Of a DNA stretch of 64,000 nucleotides, positions 9,590 to 18,268 are shown in pieces. The notes under the pieces are model-generated. The model was given only the letters and a program-made list of their open reading frames with translations, was not told where the DNA came from and searched no databases. Both the position numbers and the translations under genes were made by a program. Numbering within the stretch: the first letter of the stretch is position 1; every line of letters begins with the position of its first letter. This DNA comes from an uncultured Candidatus Saccharibacteria bacterium (GTDB taxonomy: Bacteria; Patescibacteriota; Minisyncoccia; Phycocordibacterales; Phycocordibacteraceae), in NCBI GenBank assembly GCA_964446735.1, contig CAYUQB010000002.1, positions 18,516-82,515 on the forward strand. The letters are read 5' to 3'.

Positions 9590-10468
9590 ATGAAACGTCT
9601 TGGCACTCTCGTTGACCACCTGGCGCGCCTTCTTGCGAAGCGCCATTTTTCAGGTCGTAAACGCTGGCTTTTGGTCTCAACGTACCTCTCCATTGTCTGG
9701 AAGCGCTTCTGGCGCACGCGTGCCGCGTTCCTTTTTGACTATCGTCATCAAAACGTCGCAGGCTTCCAGATGACATTGGACCGGTTTGAGAGCCTGTATT
9801 GGACGTACATCGAAATCTTCGTAAATGAGTATTACTACTTCAAGCGGGATGAGAAGGACGTACAGCCGCCCCTCATTCTCGATTGTGGTGGCCATATTGG
9901 TCTCTCTGTCATCTACTTCAAGTTCTTATATCCGGATGCGCGCGTTGTTGTATTTGAGCCAAACCCCAAGAGCGCGGAGATGCTTCGAAAGAATATTGAG
10001 AAGAATAATCTGAAGAATGTTGAAGTGATTGAGGGTGCCGCTGGACGCGAGGAAGGGGAATTGGTCATTTATCTCCAGAGCACCGGCTCAACACTGTTTG
10101 AGGACTTTGCGCATCGCCAGGTGGAGTTGGTGGGATATCAGGATTTTGGCGAGGAGGCGCGTACTCCCATTCATCGGCTTTCAACCTTTATCAAGGGGCC
10201 AGTGGCAATGTTGAAGCTCGATGTTGAGGGATCCGAAGGAGATATCATTGCTGACCTCGTCGATTCAGGGAAGCTGGTAGAGGTTCGTCGAATTGCAATG
10301 GAGTACCACCAGTTCTCTCCTGAGCGCAATCGTCTTTCTGAAATTGCCAAGGCTCTTGAGGATGGCAACTACCACTTCATCGCAGCAAATGACGTGCACA
10401 ATCTCGCTGAGATGCCTACACGTGCGTTCAAGACTTTCATGTTCCTCGCGGAACAGGCAGACGCATGA
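9590..10468 (+). CDS. FkbM-family methyltransferase
   Basis: LDCGGHIG, FEPNP, LKLDVEGSE motifs; start at ATG 9590. Confidence 0.9.
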   Translation: MKRLGTLVDHLARLLAKRHFSGRKRWLLVSTYLSIVWKRFWRTRAAFLFDYRHQNVAGFQMTLDRFESLYWTYIEIFVNEYYYFKRDEKDVQPPLILDCGGHIGLSVIYFKFLYPDARVVVFEPNPKSAEMLRKNIEKNNLKNVEVIEGAAGREEGELVIYLQSTGSTLFEDFAHRQVELVGYQDFGEEARTPIHRLSTFIKGPVAMLKLDVEGSEGDIIADLVDSGKLVEVRRIAMEYHQFSPERNRLSEIAKALEDGNYHFIAANDVHNLAEMPTRAFKTFMFLAEQADA

Positions 10469-11232
10469 GCGCCACGCACGCAAACGAAGTTCGTAAACGG
10501 TACGGCGCACAGTACTACGCTTCCGATGCCGTACTTTCGGATGCAGGCCTTGCAGCGGTTGACGAATACCGGAAGCAGTTTAAAGGAGGGCGGACCATAG
10601 ATCATCGTCCCTATTTCCCACGTACAGAACAGCGCTACGCACTCATTGGCGAGCGGTTTCAGAACTATTTCGGTGAGAAGGTACTCGATGTGGGAAGTCG
10701 CAATGACCAACTCGAGAAAGTACTCGGACGACCTTGTTCACTGGTTGATAAGAACAACCCAGAGCTACCTCCGTTTGATTGGGAGAAAGAGCGTCTCCCG
10801 TTTGCAGATGCATCATTTGATACGGTCGTGTGTCTCGATACGCTCGAGCATGTAGATGATATGCATACCTGTTTTAGCGACCTTGTACGTGTCGCAAAGT
10901 CGACGGTCATTATCTCACTCCCCAATCCGTGGCGTCGTTTCGTGAGCGAGTTCGTCCGTGGGCGTGATCGCTTTCCGCAGTACGGCATTCCCTTTGAAAA
11001 ACCGATGGACCGTCACAAGTGGTTCTTCAATACTGAAGAGGCAGAAGACTTTGTCTTTTATCACTCTGCAGCAGATCGCGGGAATTACATTGTGCGTGAA
11101 GTGGTGAATCATGCGCCAAAGACCATCGCACGGCTCAAGCTACAGTACCCACTGTTGCGTACCGTTCTTGCTGAGCACCATTTCAAGAATCTCTTTGTTG
11201 AGACGAACTTCTTTGTTATCGAAAAACGCTAG
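10465..11232 (+). CDS. Class I SAM-dependent methyltransferase (type 11)
   Basis: VLDVGS, LPFADASFDTVVCLDTLEHV, ISLPN. Confidence 0.85.
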   Translation: MSATHANEVRKRYGAQYYASDAVLSDAGLAAVDEYRKQFKGGRTIDHRPYFPRTEQRYALIGERFQNYFGEKVLDVGSRNDQLEKVLGRPCSLVDKNNPELPPFDWEKERLPFADASFDTVVCLDTLEHVDDMHTCFSDLVRVAKSTVIISLPNPWRRFVSEFVRGRDRFPQYGIPFEKPMDRHKWFFNTEEAEDFVFYHSAADRGNYIVREVVNHAPKTIARLKLQYPLLRTVLAEHHFKNLFVETNFFVIEKR

Positions 11233-12125
11233 CGCTTTTTCTCCCACTGTCTTCGTACCGCACGCTTCGCCTGGAGGGGAAGGGAACCGATCCAGGCCTT
11301 TGTCTTCTCGTCATTGAACCAGTACGCCTGATTCTCGCGGTAGCTCGCTGCGCCGTATACGAGCGTCGACATGAGGCGGTGTCCTTCATGCACCACCCCG
11401 CCGTAGTGAAGGCCCGTTGTGTCACAGAAGATCACGGATCCTGCTGGACCAGTCATGGCCGTTCGTTCAGACTCAGGAATGAGTGCCTCGAGCTTTGTGG
11501 GGTCGGGGTACACACCCGCCGGCACCTGCTGCGGGAAGAGGTGGCCGTACTTTTTCCCAACGACTGAATCTTTGATGTACACGAAGGGACCATTGTCAGG
11601 GCCGATGTCATTTAAATAAATGAACACCTTACAAAGACGAGCTTCCTGCGGGTCACGGTGCCAGTTTTGCGAGTGTGTGCGCGTCTCACTCACTTTCGAT
11701 GTTTTCTGGACATAGAAGTCTATGAGCGTTCCGAACATGCCAAGATACGAGTTTGCGATATCAAGTATGCGAGGAGAAAGCGCTGCACGGAGAAATGGAT
11801 TTTGGGAATCGAGTGCGCGAGTCTCGGGCCAGTAGTCGAGGAGGAACGGCTTCTTATGGTTCACGATTGCCTGCGGTTCGCGCATGGCTGCGTATCCTTG
11901 CAGCTTTGCGAGCATGTCTTCACCGGGGAAAAGCTCAGTAAGAGAAGTTTGAGCAATACCGTATTCACGCAAATCGTTAAGGATGTGTTGCTGCACGCTG
12001 TCGAGTGTTGGTGGGTTGTTTGCAAGCATGCGGACCCGTGCGCCGTTAATTAGGCGCCACAATGGGAGCGGATGCTTGAGACGCGCATAAGCCGCAAAGA
12101 GGTGTTTTTTGATTGCTGAAGCCAT
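11229..12125 (-). CDS. 2OG-Fe(II) dioxygenase (PhyH-like)
   Basis: SQNWHRD (HxD), KVFIYLNDI..DNGPF, GSVIFCDTTGLHYG distal His; start at ATG 12125. Confidence 0.8.
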   Translation of the reverse strand: MASAIKKHLFAAYARLKHPLPLWRLINGARVRMLANNPPTLDSVQQHILNDLREYGIAQTSLTELFPGEDMLAKLQGYAAMREPQAIVNHKKPFLLDYWPETRALDSQNPFLRAALSPRILDIANSYLGMFGTLIDFYVQKTSKVSETRTHSQNWHRDPQEARLCKVFIYLNDIGPDNGPFVYIKDSVVGKKYGHLFPQQVPAGVYPDPTKLEALIPESERTAMTGPAGSVIFCDTTGLHYGGVVHEGHRLMSTLVYGAASYRENQAYWFNDEKTKAWIGSLPLQAKRAVRRQWEKKR

Positions 12126-12150
12126 ATGGCCTAGATGGTAGCATGAGGCC

Positions 12151-13527
12151 ATGGAAGGGCAGAGAAAGATACTATTGGTTATCTCCAAAGACGTCATCCG
12201 ACGCAACATATTAGATACGGACTTTTGGCCTTTACTGGTACAAGCAAATCCTGCTGTGCATATCATTCTAGTGGTCGAAGCAGGAAAGGGTGATATATAC
12301 CAGAAACGTTTCGCTGGGCCAAATATCACCGTGGAGGAATATGAACGAACGAACTACACGGGTCGTCTTGCTCGTCTCATGTTTTTTGCGCGTAGCGGCA
12401 TTCGTTCGAAGAGCACTACTTTTCACCGGTGGTATGCACATGCAAAAGGGCGCGCGACCCTTTCCTCCACTCTCGTAAAGAGTACGCTTTCACTAACGCT
12501 CGGTATGGCGAACCCGCTCAAGCGGCTCGTACGCAAGCGGCTTCTTGCAACACAAATGCCCGAGGCCATCGAACGCATCTTCGACGCCCATAGTCCCGAT
12601 ATCGTCTTCGCTCCTTCGCTTGTTGATAACGATTTTGATGTGTTATTTGGTATCGAAGCCAAACGACGTGGCATACGTCTTATCGGTATGGTGCGTAGCT
12701 GGGACAACCTGAATCATCATGGGCTTCTCGCCGTAATACCAGATCGGTTCCTCTTCCAGAACCGGTGGCTCGTTGAAGCAGCCAAACGCTTCCAGGCGAT
12801 TGCTACCAGAGAGATCAAAAAGGATATTGTTGGTGTCGCGCACTACGATCTGTATTGCCATCCAGAATCACATCTAAAAGATCGAGCCGCATTCTTTGAA
12901 GAAATGGGTCTTGATCCAGAGAAGAAACTACTTCTGGTCGGCGGTGCAGAGTATTACTACAGCGAAGACGAGCTTCCTTGTCGGCTTGAAGAGCTTATCG
13001 AGTCGGGGGCGATTCGCGGACGTGTGCAGGTCCTCTTTCGTCCTCATCCGAGTTCTATGTATGAAATCGAGGATTTTAAACTCGAGGGTCTCAAGCATGT
13101 GGTACTCGATGCTGGATCTCGTGTGGGGAAGACCCGTTCATTCTCAGATACCGATGCGTTCATAAATCTCCTTCACTATGCCGATGTCGTCATAAACATC
13201 TGCTCGACCCTTTCTATCGACGCCAGCACCTTCGATACACCTGCCATCGCACTCGATTATGAGGACCCCAAGAAAGGACGGGCACCGTATTGGGAGCATA
13301 TCCATCGTCTGAACGACTTCGATCATCAGGCACACCTGATTCAAACAGGTGGCGTACGAACTCCACGTTCACCTCAGGAACTTGCTGAAAACATTAATGC
13401 GTATCTAGAAAATCCTACGCTCGATAAAGAGGGAAGAAAGCGAATTATAGAAGAATTCGTAGCACCATTTGATGGACGTACTGGAGCCCGCATTGCTTCT
13501 GTTCTTACTGAAGAGATACAAAAATAA
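12151..13527 (+). CDS. GT-B fold protein (CDP-glycerol glycerophosphotransferase/sialyltransferase-like)
   Basis: SWDNL, FRPHP, ADVVINICSTLSIDA, PFDGRTGARI motifs; lies in glycan locus. Confidence 0.65.
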   Translation: MEGQRKILLVISKDVIRRNILDTDFWPLLVQANPAVHIILVVEAGKGDIYQKRFAGPNITVEEYERTNYTGRLARLMFFARSGIRSKSTTFHRWYAHAKGRATLSSTLVKSTLSLTLGMANPLKRLVRKRLLATQMPEAIERIFDAHSPDIVFAPSLVDNDFDVLFGIEAKRRGIRLIGMVRSWDNLNHHGLLAVIPDRFLFQNRWLVEAAKRFQAIATREIKKDIVGVAHYDLYCHPESHLKDRAAFFEEMGLDPEKKLLLVGGAEYYYSEDELPCRLEELIESGAIRGRVQVLFRPHPSSMYEIEDFKLEGLKHVVLDAGSRVGKTRSFSDTDAFINLLHYADVVINICSTLSIDASTFDTPAIALDYEDPKKGRAPYWEHIHRLNDFDHQAHLIQTGGVRTPRSPQELAENINAYLENPTLDKEGRKRIIEEFVAPFDGRTGARIASVLTEEIQK

Positions 13528-13577
13528 CGGCGCCGGTCTCCCGACGCCGCCAAAGGCAACTGGCACTTGAACTATGG

Positions 13578-14630
13578 TTACTTGGCTCGGATACGTCCGA
13601 GCTCGATGACTTTTTTCGCCACAAGGTCTGGCGCGAATGGGTAAGGGTCTTCGAAGACCGAACGACGTTGCTGTCGCATGCCCTCGAACTCATCGCGACC
13701 TAAGAAGGTGCTGCCGAGTGCACGAGGCTCGGTCACTTCGACTGCGAGGCCGGATGTGACGAGCATGTGATGCTCGGCACCCGTCTCCTCGAGAAGCACC
13801 TGGCCGATGTCTGGCGACCATGCCAGCAGGGGGACCCGGTCGCTGTGGCAGGCGACCTTAATGGCCGTGCCGCCCACAGCGAGCGTAGCGTCAGCGAGCG
13901 CGGCCAGATGATCGCTCGAGATACCCGGCAGGTGTGTGACCTTGTCCGGATACTTGCTCTCGAAAGAGGCGATCGCCTCCTCGCACTCAGCCTTGAACGC
14001 CGGTGCAGCCCCAGGGTGAAACCGAGGGATCAGCACCGTGTCAGGACTCAACCGGGCGATCTCGAGAGAAAGTTCGAGCACCGTTCTCGTGCGCGGGTTT
14101 TTATTGCCCGCTACCTGCATGATACGCCGACCCGAACTTCGGATGCTCTCGACAGCCTCCACCGCTTCTGATGATGGCTTGATGCCGACCGCATCGTCTC
14201 CCATGATGTACGCGCGCGCCGGCCGAGCCTTCTGTAGAAGTTCATGCGAGAGTGCATCGATGGTGAGGTAGAGATTTGGAAGCATGCCGGGCGATCGCCG
14301 GTTGAAGGAACCCCAGTCGTCGTCGATGAAGACGAGCGGGATACCCTCCCGCAGCGCGATTTCGCTGAGGCACAGTTCCAAGATGTTATTACCCGTACCT
14401 GGACTGCTGAGGCCAGCGACGATTACGTCAGGACGACGATCGCTGAACTGGTACGGCAGGTCGAAGGGAGTGGTTGTCTGCTGGGGTTTGAAGCCCGCAT
14501 CCTCCCAACGCTTTCGCGATGGTCCTTCGGCAGCAACCGAAATGGTCGCACCGAGGTTTTGCGCCGCGTGTGCAATCTGCACACCCAACACTGCCGGCTT
14601 CACATCGCCGGTGACGAACAGAATGTGCAC
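13578..14630 (-). CDS. GT-B-fold protein of unknown specificity
   Basis: PDVIVAGLS, GIPLVFIDDDW, PRFHP resemble two-Rossmann GT-B enzymes; SD-like AGGAGG upstream. Confidence 0.55.
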   Translation of the reverse strand: MHILFVTGDVKPAVLGVQIAHAAQNLGATISVAAEGPSRKRWEDAGFKPQQTTTPFDLPYQFSDRRPDVIVAGLSSPGTGNNILELCLSEIALREGIPLVFIDDDWGSFNRRSPGMLPNLYLTIDALSHELLQKARPARAYIMGDDAVGIKPSSEAVEAVESIRSSGRRIMQVAGNKNPRTRTVLELSLEIARLSPDTVLIPRFHPGAAPAFKAECEEAIASFESKYPDKVTHLPGISSDHLAALADATLAVGGTAIKVACHSDRVPLLAWSPDIGQVLLEETGAEHHMLVTSGLAVEVTEPRALGSTFLGRDEFEGMRQQRRSVFEDPYPFAPDLVAKKVIELGRIRAK

Positions 14631-15034
14631 GTGGCACCTCCTTCTTTCTGGCTGCTACGTTGGTCAAAATATACGCACTAATATTGCTTTTGTCAAGAAT
14701 GTATGTCATAATGAGGGCAGCCGCATTTTGCGGAAAAGGATACCCACATGACTAGAACGATTAACGTCCTCTCCCAACAGCTTCCCGTTTGGTATTTTGT
14801 CACCGGTGTATTCATAGCTCCTCGCGAAAAGCTGATCGAGTGGGTCCATAACATTGGAGCAAATCCATACAAATATCGTCTCCAAAAGATCAATTGTGTC
14901 GATATTGATAATGAACATCGACTTCGATGTTGCTCGCGAGTGGGGCGACCGTGTTTGCAAATGTCTCACCGAAGGCTGGTCGAAACGTTGAGTTTTGTAT
15001 TTCTATTGTATAAATATTTTGGCCAGACGGCCTG

Positions 15035-15733
15035 ATGGAATACACCATGGAGATCTTTGAAGACATTAAAGCCGTCTCGTTCGACTTCGACGGCGTGATG
15101 ACGCTCGACTCTGATGCGATTCATAAGAAGAATGCGTGGGGGATTGCACTTGCGGACTATCCCGGTCACGAAGAGCACGTGCGAGTTGGCAATACGCTCT
15201 ACGGCAACGGCAAGCCCGGTGGCCGTGTTGAGATCCTCCGCTACGTGCTTGAGCAGCACGGGGTGGCTGCTGACCGGATCGAGAAGGAGGTGCGGAACGC
15301 GTCCGCCGTGTTCGACGAACATGTGCAGACAAAGATCCTCGAGGATGGGCTTGTGCCCGGGGCGTATGAGATGCTCGAGACACTGCATGCCCGTGGTATC
15401 GCGCTCTACCTCAACTCAGGGACCGCGACCGCTCCCCTCCGTACTTCAGCTCGCAATCTCGGCATTGATCGATTCCTCAAGGAGTCCCTCGGGAGCACCA
15501 AGGATCCGGTAGGCGGTGGTAAAGTCGAAAATTTGACCTACATCGCTGTATCCGAAAATCTTTCGCCGAACAACATCCTCATGGTAGGGGACGGCGCTTC
15601 AGACCTGCGAGGGGCGGAACAGTTCGGCTGCCCCTTTCTTGGGGTCGCTAATCGCTGGAACGAATGGGACAAAGTCGAACAGCTTTTCCCATTCGTCACC
15701 GACCTGCGAGAGATCCCAATGCTCATTGCATAA
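15035..15733 (+). CDS. HAD-superfamily hydrolase/phosphatase
   Basis: FDFDGV motif I, LNSGT, K, MVGDGASD motif IV. Confidence 0.9.
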   Translation: MEYTMEIFEDIKAVSFDFDGVMTLDSDAIHKKNAWGIALADYPGHEEHVRVGNTLYGNGKPGGRVEILRYVLEQHGVAADRIEKEVRNASAVFDEHVQTKILEDGLVPGAYEMLETLHARGIALYLNSGTATAPLRTSARNLGIDRFLKESLGSTKDPVGGGKVENLTYIAVSENLSPNNILMVGDGASDLRGAEQFGCPFLGVANRWNEWDKVEQLFPFVTDLREIPMLIA

Positions 15734-15835
15734 GTTCGTTCGCCGGCCCGTGGGAAACCCACAGGCCACGTTCGTTCCTGAAACCCGAATACCTTGAAAA
15801 GGGTTCTAGTGAGCGTACACTGACTCTACTTTTCT

Positions 15836-16924
15836 ATGTCTATATCCACCACACTTCGCCGTTTCTTCGACCTTCTCCCGAGCCGAGTTAAAGTACAGAA
15901 CTTCTATGTCGGGGAAGGCGAGCCCGTTTTCGTCATCGCTGAGATTGGGAATAACCATAACGGTGACTTTGAGCTTGCAAAGAAGTCCATTCTCGCCGCA
16001 AAGGAATCCGGAGCCGATGCAGTGAAATTTCAGAAACGCGACATTCAGAAGCTCCTCTCAAAAGAGATGCGCGAGATGCCGTACGAGAACGAGCGTTCAT
16101 TCGGGAAGACATACGGCGAACACCGCGAGAAGCAGGAGCTTTCCAAGGAGCAGTTCGAAGAGCTCAAGCAATATTCCGAAGAGCTCGGCATGGTCTTCTT
16201 TGCGACGCCATTCGATACTGCGAGCGCAGACGCGCTTGAAGAGATCGGTGTGCATGCATACAAAATCGCATCGTTTGATGTAACGAACCTCCCGCTGCTT
16301 GAGTACGTCGCGAAGAAAGGGAAGCCCATTCTTATTTCAACCGGCGCGTCGACCCTTGAAGAGATTGATCGTGCAATCGAGACCATTCTCGCGCACAACA
16401 ACCGCCTCATCGTTAATCACTGCACTTCGTTGTATCCAACTCCAGACGAGGCAATCGACCTCAACATGGTGCGTGTTCTTAAGGAACGGTATCGTCCGCT
16501 TCCTGTCGGCTATTCCGGCCATGAGCTCGACATTCTTCCCACACTCGCATCCATCGCACTTGGCGCCAGCACAGTTGAACGTCATTTCACGGTTGATAAG
16601 AAACTGCACGGATCTGATCACCACATGTCCATTGAACCTGCTGAGTTTAAGGAGATGGTTGAAGGCATCAAGCGTATGACCAAGATTATGGGTGCTTCGG
16701 AAAAGCGTATCCACGACGCCGAGCTTCCTATCCGTGCAAAGCATGCAAAGAGCATCGTTTCTGCGGTAGATATTGAGGAGGGGGCCCTCATCACCAAAGA
16801 AGCCATTGCCTTTAAAAGTCCGGGCACTGGCATCAATCCCTCACATATAGAAATGGTTGTCGGGAAGCGCGCAAAGGTCGCTATTCCTGCTGATACTGTT
16901 ATTCAGGAATCCTTCCTCGGCTAG
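15836..16924 (+). CDS. neuB: N-acetylneuraminate synthase (NeuB family) with C-terminal SAF/AFP domain
   Basis: IAEIGNNHNGD, DAVKFQKR, KIAS, HCTSLYP, GYSGHE, ERHFT, KSPGTGI. Confidence 0.92.
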   Translation: MSISTTLRRFFDLLPSRVKVQNFYVGEGEPVFVIAEIGNNHNGDFELAKKSILAAKESGADAVKFQKRDIQKLLSKEMREMPYENERSFGKTYGEHREKQELSKEQFEELKQYSEELGMVFFATPFDTASADALEEIGVHAYKIASFDVTNLPLLEYVAKKGKPILISTGASTLEEIDRAIETILAHNNRLIVNHCTSLYPTPDEAIDLNMVRVLKERYRPLPVGYSGHELDILPTLASIALGASTVERHFTVDKKLHGSDHHMSIEPAEFKEMVEGIKRMTKIMGASEKRIHDAELPIRAKHAKSIVSAVDIEEGALITKEAIAFKSPGTGINPSHIEMVVGKRAKVAIPADTVIQESFLG

Positions 16925-18195
16925 CTCGCGCGTCGCGCAAATACGACCCACTGACCAAGTTGTATCGAAAGTCGTGCAAGCGACAGCACGATCCGACTAC
17001 CGACCGCACCCCATACGCCATAGAGCGGGATGGTAATAAGAAGTGAGCCAATATAAACCAACTGTGGGACGGGTCGTAGGTAAAGCCAGGAGACAGGAAG
17101 CGCATTCAGTTTTGATTCAACTACCGAGCTAAGGAAAGTAAGCGGGAGTTGCAGTACCAGGGTGACTGCAAGCATCTGTGAGAATGAAATCGACGCAAGA
17201 TACTTCGGGAAGAGAAGCGTGTAGACATAGGGTGCGATGAACGCATACAAGAGCGCAACGACGCCGCCAACCAAGAAGAGTTGCACGATGCGCATTCGGA
17301 AGATGCTTACGATTTGCCGCACGTTACGGTTTGCGAGTCGAGGCGTCGCAATGGCAGGTACGTTGTTGTACAGTCCAAGGATCTGATCAATAGGAGCACG
17401 GGCAAATGCATACTCAGCCACCTTCACTGGACCCAAGTAGTGGAAGAGAAGAAGTGAATCGAGGTAGGAACCTACCGTACCCACGATGTCCGTAAGACTC
17501 AGGTGCTTTCCGTACCGAAGCGTTTGCGATTCTGTATCCTCATTCGGAGGCATGCTTTTGAGTACACGCCGCAGGAAGATGAGATTAATGATAGTGAGTG
17601 AGGCATAGTACGCGACAAGAATAGGAATGAGTATCGGGAAAAAGAATGCAACGCCAACCAGGATCGGCACATAGAAAAGTCGCTGGCCGATCGAATAAGC
17701 AACCGAAGTCTTAAAGAGGCGCTTGGCTTGCAGATAGATTTGGTAAATACCCAGTGGTTGCGAAAAGGGAATGAATGGCGCAACCGCGAGAAATGCAAAC
17801 CCAAGCTGTTCGTTACCATTAATGAAGTAGTACGCGGAGAGTGCGAAGCCGGCGACCATGCCAGCGAGTCCCCATCGTATGCGCGTGTAGAGGCCTTCCT
17901 TTAATGATCCTTCGATGCCGCGCGCGATTGCTTGCGAGAGAGCTGTATTAATTCCTCCCAAGGTGGGAATCGCGAGGATGCCGACTGCCGATAGTACGAA
18001 TTTGTAGGTGCCGTAGGTTTCGGGAGCGAGCAGGTTCGCAAATGCGATCGCGAGTAGGAATGATGCGAACGATGCTGCAACCTGGCCAACCGCGAGCCAA
18101 AAGCCGCTTGTGGTGAAGTACACCATGTCGGTTTTGGTATAGCGTTCGGTGGCGCGCAGCAGTGAAAACAGAGCGGTTTTGAAGCGTAAAAGCAT
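16921..18195 (-). CDS. wzx: Oligosaccharide flippase (Wzx/MOP family)
   Basis: Many hydrophobic helices, LAPETYGTY and YGVWGA signatures. Confidence 0.85.
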   Translation of the reverse strand: MLLRFKTALFSLLRATERYTKTDMVYFTTSGFWLAVGQVAASFASFLLAIAFANLLAPETYGTYKFVLSAVGILAIPTLGGINTALSQAIARGIEGSLKEGLYTRIRWGLAGMVAGFALSAYYFINGNEQLGFAFLAVAPFIPFSQPLGIYQIYLQAKRLFKTSVAYSIGQRLFYVPILVGVAFFFPILIPILVAYYASLTIINLIFLRRVLKSMPPNEDTESQTLRYGKHLSLTDIVGTVGSYLDSLLLFHYLGPVKVAEYAFARAPIDQILGLYNNVPAIATPRLANRNVRQIVSIFRMRIVQLFLVGGVVALLYAFIAPYVYTLLFPKYLASISFSQMLAVTLVLQLPLTFLSSVVESKLNALPVSWLYLRPVPQLVYIGSLLITIPLYGVWGAVGSRIVLSLARLSIQLGQWVVFARRAS

Positions 18196-18268
18196 TGAAA
18201 TATAAGGCGGCGTGGTGCCGCCATGATAGCACTTAGAACCGGAAGCGACGTGCTATAGTTGCGGTACT

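Noticed and set aside
12126-12329. N-terminal extension of the dioxygenase overlapping the GT-B gene
   Set aside because: ATG 12125 gives a clean divergent arrangement
14748-15035. 95-aa ORF in the divergent spacer
   Set aside because: No recognisable motif and atypical composition; a weak SD-like AAGGA exists, so it is not excluded but cannot be supported
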